DNA from: a virus
Length of the DNA: 64,000 nt
IMG/VR virus record: IMGVR_UViG_3300027823_000001
Coordinates: 36,096 to 100,095 of that record
Strand: one strand, 5' to 3'
The position numbers and the translations under genes are program-made. The notes below the pieces were generated by a model. The model ran no database searches. It saw only the letters and a program-made list of their open reading frames with translations, and was not told where the DNA came from. Below, one piece after another: positions 27,776 through 37,300 of this stretch; the first letter of the stretch is position 1; the number at the start of each line of letters is the position of its first letter.

Positions 27776-30700
27776 GGTACATCATTCCTGAGCTGGCCAA
27801 AGCAGCTCGCAAGCTGCACGGGCGCTGCGAAGTGCACGGCATGCAGATCAGCATCGAGAACGCGAAGGGCTCGACGCGACACTGGTACGACGAGCACGAC
27901 AACGAGACGGGCTCGACGCTCATGTCCAACGACTACGGCTACATCCGCGGCACGCTCGGCATCGATGCCAATCACGTCGATGCCTACGTCGGTCCGTACC
28001 CTGAGAGTACGACCGTCTTCATCGTGACTCAGATGCGGAAGCCCGACTTCTCGGAGGTCGATGAACAGAAAGTCATGCTCGGCTTCCACAGCGCGAAGAA
28101 GGCGAAGGCCGCATACCTCGCGCACTACGACGACGCGCGCTTCTTCGGCAGCATGAAGGCGATGAACGTTCAAGCGTTCAAGCGGAAGGTGTTCGACAGG
28201 AACAACCACGGCGGCCTCGTGAAGGCCGTCTCCCACAAGTACACCTCCAAGAAGGCTGACGGTAAGGGAGGCTGGACCTACGAGTACGCTCCAGGCTCGC
28301 GCGAGCACGTGAGCGCTGCAATGGACGCGATCGAGGCGAAGCACGGCGTGTCGTTGAGCGTGGGCCATCATCAAGGCGATGTGCTGACGCTCTCCAAGGT
28401 CGTCGTTCCGAAAGAGCTGCGCAGTACAGGCATCGGATCGAAGGTCATGCAGGAGCTGCACGAGTACGCCGACAAGCACGGCAAGACTGTCGCGCTCACA
28501 CCATCGTCAGACTTCGGAGGCAGCAAGGCGCGCCTTCGCGAGTTCTACAAGAGGCACGGTTACGTGGACAACAAGGGACGCAACAAAGACTTCGCGATCA
28601 GCGACGCGATGTATCGACCTCTCGCGAAAGCACGCATGACCATCGGCGCGCTCGCGTTGTTCTCCAAAGCCAACATGCCTCCCGGTAGTGGCTGGACCGC
28701 GATCCCCGGAGGCAAACGCGGCGGCTACCGCAAGCGCAAAGGTGCAGGCTGGGACTACTGGTATCCCGATGGCCACACCCACGAGGCCTCGCCGCCGAAG
28801 TACAGCGATGCCGACTTCAGCAACGGCGCGTTCGACAAGGATGCGACGCACTGGAAGTGGAAGCAGACCAACGGCGAGCTGAAGGCGTGGACCGCAGGGG
28901 GCATCGACCCTCAGTCACACGCCCCCGTGAAGACAGGCGGGCGCTTCGCGAAGCTCTACCAGATCCACGTTGCAGAAGACCCGAAGCACCCTGGCTTCGC
29001 GGTGCTTAAGGACGTGACGACGGGCGAGCTGACCATGATGCAGCACAACCGCATCTACCCCGTCGAGTATGGTCTGCCGAGCAAGCGGGTCCAGGCGCCT
29101 CCAGAGGGCCCCAAGGCGCCGTGGGTGCCTGGTACGTCAGGCGCAACCGTGAGGCCGTCCAGCGGGCGCGCAGCGGCCGGCAAGAGGGCTCCTGTGTTCG
29201 AGGGCTCGCGGGCGAACGAAGGAACTGGCCTGCACGCGATCGAGACCGGCGTCTATCCGATGGCATCGATCGAGCGCTGGGAGATGCAGGAGGACGGCAC
29301 CAAGAAGAAGATCAAGCTGGAAGCGATCGGCGTGCCCGACCACGGCAAGAACCTGCTGGTGAAAGAGTTCGAGCCGTTGATCGCAGGCACGGCCAAAACC
29401 ATCGCGAAGAAGTACGCACTTCAGATGCAGTACGAACGTGGCACCCGCGGGCAACACTCGACGAACGTCACGCTCGCAGAGCTTCAGCGCGCAGGTATCG
29501 AAGGCATGCTGGACGCGATCGAGCGCTACGACGCGAAGGGACCGTTCGCTTCGCACGCGAGGCAGTTCGTGACCGATCACATCAGACTCGCAGCTGCGCG
29601 CGAACGACTCGGCGGTGTGACTCTGCCTATGCGGCACCAGCGCAACCTCGGGCGGTACATCGCAGCACGCGCACAAGCGTCGAAGGACCTCGGTGTGGAT
29701 GACCCGTCACCCGATCAGGTGGCGCCGTACTTCAGGCTGCTCAAGAGGCACCTGCATCCTCAGCTCTCAGGCGCGCAGGCCAACGAAGCGGTGCCTGCGT
29801 CCGCCTACAAGATCGCAGCCGCGCACGAGGGTACGCCTGGAGCCGTGAAGCGCTCGACGGGTGAGCGCACTGGCGATCAGCCCGCACACGTTCAGCGGGA
29901 CACGATCACGCATCCCGGCAAGCTCGAATGGACCCACCTCTACGACTCGTTCCTCAAGGGGCAGTCGAGCGCGAGCGAGCTGTTCGATGAGGACAAGTTC
30001 GCGCTGCCTGGTCTCGGCATGGGTCTCGGTTACTCACCAGAGGAGCGCGTCGCGATCCGTCAGTCCGTGCAGGTCGCGCTCGACTCGCTCGCGGACTTCT
30101 CGTTCGCCTCGCCGGGTCGAACGAAGGTCACCTACAAGGGCGATGCGGGAGAGATGCTGACGCTGCGTCTCGGGCTGCGCGGCGACGACGAGATGAGCGT
30201 CGCGCAGATCGCGAGCCAAGTGCCCATCTTCGCGAACGGTAAGCAGCTCGGGCAGCGTGCGGCCGAAGGCGCCGTTGCTGAGATGCTTGAACACGCAGTG
30301 GAGCACGCGCGCGAAGCAACCATCGGTCGCGACGCGAAGGTGTTGATGGAGCGCGCAGAAGAGCGCCTCGTTGCGCCTGTCGAGGTTCCCCACGGACCGA
30401 CGTGGCACGAAGTCGTGCGCAAGCGCGCCGATGCGGTGACGCCTCAGCAGGTCGCGGAGTACCGCGGCGCAGAGAAGGCACGCCTCGGTGACTTGCTCTC
30501 GCGTTCGCAAGAGCGCGCAGACCAAGCGCGCGAGAGCGACAAGGCCATGCACGCGCTGTCACTGCGTGGCGCGCAGGAAGCCATGCGCCGCATCGAGCGC
30601 ATGGGCGAGGACGAGATCCGACTCAAGATCGCGCAGCGCCCTTCGCCCGAGACGGCGGAGATGCGGCGGCTCATGACGCAGAGCGTGGCAGTGGACATGC

Positions 30701-31002
30701 CCGCGCCGCGAGGTCGCGAGTACGGACACGCGATGATGACCATGACCGACCTCGGCACGGGCGCGCAGCGCAACGTCAGAGTGCGAACGCTGCGCGACCT
30801 CCGGCACGCAGAGGACCGCGAGTTGGAGAAGTCGGAGCGCGCGAAGTCAGATGCTACGCTCACCACCGGCATGCTCCACGAAGCTATCAACTTCCCCCGC
30901 ACCATGAGGCTGCTCGTAGCCCCTGATGCACAGCTTGCGTCCGCGCCCACGATCGCGCGCCGCACCGTGGAACTTCTCTCAGGGCTCGGAGACGTGCGAT
31001 GA
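27772..31002 (+). CDS. polyvalent protein: InPase-like + GNAT acetyltransferase + sigma70-like domain
   Basis: ISIEN.KGS.R, YGYIRGT and DEQKVMLGF (InPase); VPKELRSTGIGS...LREFYKRHGY (GNAT); IAKKY...ELQRAGIEGMLDAIERYD...F and LRLGL...MSVAQIA (sigma regions 2 and 4); start moved to ATG 27772. Confidence 0.85.
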   Translation: MRYIIPELAKAARKLHGRCEVHGMQISIENAKGSTRHWYDEHDNETGSTLMSNDYGYIRGTLGIDANHVDAYVGPYPESTTVFIVTQMRKPDFSEVDEQKVMLGFHSAKKAKAAYLAHYDDARFFGSMKAMNVQAFKRKVFDRNNHGGLVKAVSHKYTSKKADGKGGWTYEYAPGSREHVSAAMDAIEAKHGVSLSVGHHQGDVLTLSKVVVPKELRSTGIGSKVMQELHEYADKHGKTVALTPSSDFGGSKARLREFYKRHGYVDNKGRNKDFAISDAMYRPLAKARMTIGALALFSKANMPPGSGWTAIPGGKRGGYRKRKGAGWDYWYPDGHTHEASPPKYSDADFSNGAFDKDATHWKWKQTNGELKAWTAGGIDPQSHAPVKTGGRFAKLYQIHVAEDPKHPGFAVLKDVTTGELTMMQHNRIYPVEYGLPSKRVQAPPEGPKAPWVPGTSGATVRPSSGRAAAGKRAPVFEGSRANEGTGLHAIETGVYPMASIERWEMQEDGTKKKIKLEAIGVPDHGKNLLVKEFEPLIAGTAKTIAKKYALQMQYERGTRGQHSTNVTLAELQRAGIEGMLDAIERYDAKGPFASHARQFVTDHIRLAAARERLGGVTLPMRHQRNLGRYIAARAQASKDLGVDDPSPDQVAPYFRLLKRHLHPQLSGAQANEAVPASAYKIAAAHEGTPGAVKRSTGERTGDQPAHVQRDTITHPGKLEWTHLYDSFLKGQSSASELFDEDKFALPGLGMGLGYSPEERVAIRQSVQVALDSLADFSFASPGRTKVTYKGDAGEMLTLRLGLRGDDEMSVAQIASQVPIFANGKQLGQRAAEGAVAEMLEHAVEHAREATIGRDAKVLMERAEERLVAPVEVPHGPTWHEVVRKRADAVTPQQVAEYRGAEKARLGDLLSRSQERADQARESDKAMHALSLRGAQEAMRRIERMGEDEIRLKIAQRPSPETAEMRRLMTQSVAVDMPAPRGREYGHAMMTMTDLGTGAQRNVRVRTLRDLRHAEDRELEKSERAKSDATLTTGMLHEAINFPRTMRLLVAPDAQLASAPTIARRTVELLSGLGDVR

Positions 31003-31319
31003 ACGCAGCAGACGCAGCGAAGCGCATCTATCATGTGGCGCGGCTCGACGATGAGGGTGACGCTACGTTCGCGTTCAACCTCCGCCGTCGCGACGGCGGA
31101 GGCATCGGCCTCTCGAACATCAAGACGCCGTTGAGCGACACGGAGCGCACCGCGCTCTTCTCGCACTTCGGCGTGAAGCTCAAAGTGCGCACGGGCGGCA
31201 CCTCGGGTGATCTCACTTGGGAAGGCGTTGTCGATCGCGAGCCTGGCACCGACGCTCACTTTCTGGCGGCAGCGCACTCGCTGCCCGATCCCTTCTGCCT
31301 CGTCTCCTCGGAGGACTGA
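30999..31319 (+). CDS. hypothetical protein
   Basis: ATGA-coupled; GGAG RBS. Confidence 0.65.
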   Translation: MNAADAAKRIYHVARLDDEGDATFAFNLRRRDGGGIGLSNIKTPLSDTERTALFSHFGVKLKVRTGGTSGDLTWEGVVDREPGTDAHFLAAAHSLPDPFCLVSSED

Positions 31320-31324
31320 CCGCG

Positions 31325-34300
31325 ATGAAGTACGTGATTCCCACTCGGCGACTCGGCGTCACCGAAGACGTGCTTGAGAAGGCCCACGCTCAGGGCTTCA
31401 ATCGGGCCACGGGCGGCAGCTCCGGCGCGCACAAGTACATCAAGAGGGAGTTCCTTGGCTTCCTCAACGGTCGGGTGCGCTACCGCTACTGGTACGCGGA
31501 CGACGTGCAGCGCGAGCGAGGGTCGAAGGCGGTCGAAGGCACCGCCGAGAGCGTCACGACTTCGCATCACGAGCATGAACTGCTCGGCAACATCCACAAG
31601 CTCTTCAAGAACCTCGCGAAGAATCGAGTGAAGGCGAGCGAGGTTACGGAGGAGTCTCTCTCTCGTGCGCTCGGTTGGGATGGCGCGAAGGTGCATCTGC
31701 ATCCTGACTTCCTGCGCAAGTACCACGCGCCGTTCGTGGCGAAAGAAAAAGAAGACGCGGACGCGGAGCCTGATCGCTTCGCGCTCGCGCGTGTCTACCG
31801 CGCGTTCCAGATGATCCCCGAGCCGATGCGCGCGCTGATCGGGGACGATCAGCTCATGAACCTCGTGATCACGACGCGCAGTGATCCTGATGAGGTCGAG
31901 CTGGCTCGCGATCGAGGATGGGACGAACCTCCCGCAGGCTGGTCGAGCGGCACGAAGGGTGAAGTGCATCTGCTCGGCGATGGCGAGCCTGGCTTCGGTG
32001 AAGGCCGTGGCTTCACTGCCGCACCCGTCGGCCGCCCACGCTTCGGTTCACGCTTCACCTGGACCGAAGAAGTGGTGTGGCATGAACTCGGGCATCAGCT
32101 ACACGACAAGCTGATCGGCGAGAAGAGCCCCATCTGGGACGAGTGGAAGGCCCTCTCGCTCAAAGACCCTCAGCGCATCTCCGACTACGCGTTCACCAAC
32201 GAGAAGGAGGACTGGGCCGAATCCGTTGCGTGCATGATCTCGCGACCGAAGCAGATGGCGAGGCAGTGCCCCGCTCGCTACGAGTTCTTCCGCAAGCACG
32301 GCCTCATTCCCGGACCAGCACTCAATCGGATGCTCAAGGTGCCCGAAGAGGAGGGGCGCTGGTGGGACCTGAAGGACACGCCGAAGGCTGCGAAGATCAT
32401 CGGCGAGCAACGCGAGGCAGATGGTCAGCCGAGCTACGTCGGCGCGTACCGCAGCGAGAAGGATCAGTTCTACACCGTGCACTACAAGGGGCGCGCGGTG
32501 TTCTTCCGCCTCGGACCTCCCGACAAGGAAACGGAGATGCAGGGCTGGGATGAGATCCCGCCGACGATCGATCCTGAGACGCAGCTGCCTGTCTACGACA
32601 CGCAGGTCGCAAACCGCTTCCGCGCGCAGGACATCTACAAAGAGATCTACGACGATCGCGGGAACGCGCTGACGCCGCAGCAAGCGCTGCTTTTCCTTCG
32701 CCAAGACGACGAAGACTTCAACGCGAAGATCCCCGACGACCACATGTCGTGGGAGCCGTCCGAGATGGACACGCATCTCGGACGTGTGCTCTTCTCCAAG
32801 CTCGGTGAGAATCGAGGCGAGCAGTCGAAGGAGCGCGAGCGCGTCGCCAAGCTGCGCGCCAAGGGCTCCGATCCCGGAGAGGAGCGCCACGCTTGGGCAC
32901 CGCTGGCGATGTCGCAGTCGGAGTTCGAGGCACTCACTCCCACGTTCAAGTTCAACGAGATCCGCAAGGCCGCAGAGCAGCCGCTGCTCAAGCGTGCGTA
33001 CGACCGCAAACTCAAGCGCCCCGTCACGGTCACTGCGCACAACCCCATCACAGGCAAGGTGGAGCCTGTTCGTTCGGCGACGATCTACGAGACGCAGAAT
33101 CCCGATGGAACCAAGACCAAGATCACGGTGAACGAGTCAGAGCCCTTCGTGCCCAGCGGCACGATGCTCGTGCCCGTGACTGCTACGCGCCGCGAGACCT
33201 CCGGTGTGGAGACGGTGGAGCAGCACTGGGTGAAGTACCGTATCCAGCCCGACGGCAAGCTCACGCCCGAAGAGAAGCCGTGGGAGTGGCAGCCCAAGAA
33301 GAACGGGCGCGGCATGAAGAAGGTCGCGACGGGTACGTGGCCAGAGATGCGATGGGATCGCTTGGAGCCCGCAAAGCTCGCGCGCGATCTCGGGACCACG
33401 GCGGAGATGCTGCTGCATCGCAATGGCAAGGTGGAGTCGGGACAGATACTCGATCCCATGCTCGCGAAGCTGATCAATCCGCTCGGTGAGCGCATCCGAT
33501 CCGAAGGCGATCTCGTGCGCCTCATGCGCGAGGCTGCGAAGGGGCAGGCCAGCACTTGGGTCACCGTGCAGACGGGCACGGATAAGCATCCGAGCTACGC
33601 GCACATGAAGCTCACGTTCGACGGCGGTGGTAACCCACTACTCGCGGGTGAGTATTGGAATCGCATCCTCGGCGTCGAGCAAGCGCGCGTCGATTCGCTG
33701 CTCGATGCGAAGAACCTCTTGAGCGTCGAAGGTGTGCAAGAGGTCATGCCGTTCTTCCACAGCTTCGTACCGAGCGCGCTCGTGAAGTACAAAGATCCGA
33801 CGGCCGAGCGCTGGGTCTACGGTGAGATCGTCGAGGTGAAGGACGCGGGCCGCGATGAGCCTGCGACGTACCGCGTGCAGCCGCTGAAGGGTCAAGGTAC
33901 TGGCCTCACCAAGATGGCTCGTGTGACCACGAAGGACATGGAATCCGCATCGAGCGCTGTCGATCGTGATGACGTGTCTCGCATTCGTCGCGACGTGCAG
34001 CCGATGAAGAACCATCTGCTGCTCTACGGAGACAACCTGCGCTTCGACCAGGACGGCTCGCTGCGCGGCGGCACGGTGCGTCTCAAGCTGCCCAGTGACG
34101 GCACCATCACACCTGATGAGATCCGCCGCTTCCCTGCGGTGCGCTCCGACGAAAACGGTATCTACGTCGATCTGCGGGACATCAACTCTCTACGTGAAGA
34201 GTTCGGCGGCTTCGTGATGGACACGCACGTCCAGACACTGCTCGACGATCTGATGAAGACCGAGAAGCGCAACGCAGAGCGCGCCATGACGAAGGACGTG

Positions 34301-37300
34301 GTGACCACATCACAGATCACGTCGGCTGACGGCGGCGTGAACACTGACGGTCTTCTGAAAGGCCTTCGGCACACGCTCTCGAACGGCGCGCGCTTCAAGC
34401 TCGGCTCGCATCAAGAGGAGTTCCTCAGGGTGTGTGCTCGTGCTGAGGGGCGCACGATGGCTGCTCACTTCATGGGCACAGGCAAGACGATCGCCTCGCT
34501 TGCCGCCATCAAGATGATGAAGAACGCGAAGAAGCCCGACGGCACACCCATCGCAGGCTCTCCGCGCAAGCGCGTCGCGATCGTGGTGCCGCTCAATACA
34601 GCGGTGCAGTGGCAGGTGCAGACTCAGCAGTTCACCGAGAGCGGAGCCACGCTCATCGGCTCCGGCACGCTCGCAGGGGCTGTGCAGGCCTTCTCGCCGA
34701 AGAACTGGCCGCCGCGCAAAGCGGGTGAGGCTGAGGATGTCTACATGGGCCGCGTGAAGCACGCGCGCGACGTGTGGGCAGCCAAGACCGCGGGAGCGTG
34801 GATCCCGGAGAACACGCCGTCTGACGATGTGGTGATCATCCCCTTCGAGTATTTCCGAGACAACGAAGCGGACCTGCGCGCGCACGGTGGCTTCGACGGC
34901 ATCATCATCGACGAAGCGCACGCGATCGCTCGGACCAACGAGCTGTCTCGCGCGGTCGAGCGCTGGAACCCGGGCATGAACATGCTGCTCATGCTCACGG
35001 GCACGCCGATCACGAATCGCCTGAACACCATCCCTCGCTACTTCGACATCCTCACGAACGGCAAGAGCCCTTTCGGTACAGAGGCGGAGTTCTCGCAGCG
35101 CTACCTTCAGCCTAGCGCTGTCATGCTAGCGAACGGCTCGAAGAACCCTCCGAGGACGGATCTCAATCCGCAGCGCGCCGCCGAGCTGGCTTCCTACCTC
35201 TCGACGCGCATGCACATCGCGCTCACTGAGGATGTGAAGGGCAAAACGATGCCCGCGGTGCTGCTCGATGAAAATCAGCCCGCGCACATGGTGGGGATGC
35301 AGGAGAAGGTCTACCGCCTCGCGATGGCGGCCATGAGCGAGACTGAGATGCTTGCCTTGGAAGAGGCTGGCGCACTCGGTACGGATGAGGCTGCCGCGTT
35401 CTCAGGTGGCACGCGCCGCAAGGTGAACGTCGCGCGCTCCTTTGCCAACTCGCCGGGCTACAAGCCTCCTGACCAGCGTGAGTTCGTGACCTTCGTCGAG
35501 AAGGTGGCGAAGAAGAAGGGCAAGACAGGTAAGACCGAGGTCGAGGAGACAGAACGCGTCTTCATGTTGCCGGACTACAAGCGCTGCGTAGGGAAGCCCC
35601 CTCACGGCTTCGGCGGCAAGTGGCCGAGCATGCGTGATGTGGAGAAGGGGCGCATCTCCGACGGTGAATACGAGGTGCTCTCGTTCTACGCGACCACCAT
35701 CCTCGGTGTGGACTACGAGAAGACCCTTGCAGGATCCGAGATCAGCAAAGAGCTGCTCAAAGACATCAAGAAGGGTACGGTGCACGGCGCATCGTGGGGA
35801 AAGATCTCGAACCCCGACTACGGTCCCGAGGGCGCCATCTCGCGTGGCTACCTCGACCTCGACGGCAACCTGAAGCCGATGATCGCGGAGTGGGGAGACG
35901 AGAAGTTCGCGGTGCCCATCGGCACCAAGTTCATCCGCGACCCGTCCAAGAAGGCGTCGGGCCTCTACTACCATCAGGACGACTGGGACTTCACGGGGGC
36001 GTTCTCGGACACAGTGGAGGGCACTGACGACGCTGACGACGATGAGAGCGTCGAGGAAGCGGACGGCGAGAAAAAGAAGAAGGGGCTTCAACAGCAGAAG
36101 GCGAAGAACTCCTCGCTGTCCATTCAGCTCTCTCCGCTTCGGCGCCGCGAGCGCGCTGCGTTCGATGTCTCAATGACGGCGAACAGCGCGAAGGCGGACG
36201 AGCTTGAACGCTACATGACCGAGCGCATGAACCCTGTGACGGGCGGCGACCCCGACTCGCAGTTCATCTTGTTCGGCAACAGGATCGGATCCTCGTGCCG
36301 CGCGATGGAATCGAAGCTGCGCACGCTCGGCATGATGGACATCAACGAAGCGCTCGGACACGAGAAGACCGGCTACTCGTCTGCGGACGACAAGAAGCGA
36401 CATCCGAAGTCGGGCTACTTCGTCACCTACTTCGGCAAGGGTGCGACGCTCGGTGATCGCGACATCAACTCTGAGATCTTCCGCAAGCAAAAGGACGACA
36501 CGGGTCGCGACACGGACACGAGCATGTTCGTGCATCGCACCATGACCGGATCGATCGGACGCCCTCCCGCAGTCGGTACCTTCAGCGAGGGCTGGTCACG
36601 CGCGGAGCGCTCGCGCATCTCCAAGCTGTTCGCAGGTCCGAACGGCGACGGCGGGATCGAAGTCCCGCTGAGGGTGACCGCCCGCATCGTCGGAGACGAG
36701 ACGCGCCCTGCGTTCGTCTACGAAAGCGATCTGAGCGCTGCGGATCGCAAAGCAGTGCAGGAGCTGGAAGCGAAGCGCAATCAAGCACGGTTCGAGGACA
36801 AGACTGCGTTCGAGACGCAGCTCAATGCCATCTTCAGCAAGTACCTGACTGACCGCGCGCCGCTGTCGGATCACCAGATGTGTGTGTTCAACAGCTGCAA
36901 GGTGATGGTCGCCAGCGACGCAGCGCAGGTCGGCCTTAACTGGGGCAATGCGGGCGAGGTCGTCATGTACGACTCGCTGCACTCTCCGATGCAGGAGTGG
37001 CAGCGCATCACGCGCGCAGCCCGGATGCTGGACGCCATCATCCCGGACAACGCGCGCGCCGTGTTCGACAAGCTCGGAGAGCACATCCGCACGTTGGAGC
37101 AGGCGGGCTCGTTCGCGGAGTACGCGAACATGGAGAGCGCTCTCCTAGTTACGCACGAGGCGTGGAACATGCTCGATGAATCCGAGCGTGCACAGGCGCA
37201 AGCCGCGGGCTTCAAGTTCGATCAGGCGACTGAGATGTACTTCGCACAGCGCGCGTTCGCCAAGATCGCGGAGATGCGACCGAAGGTGCGCGACCAGCTG

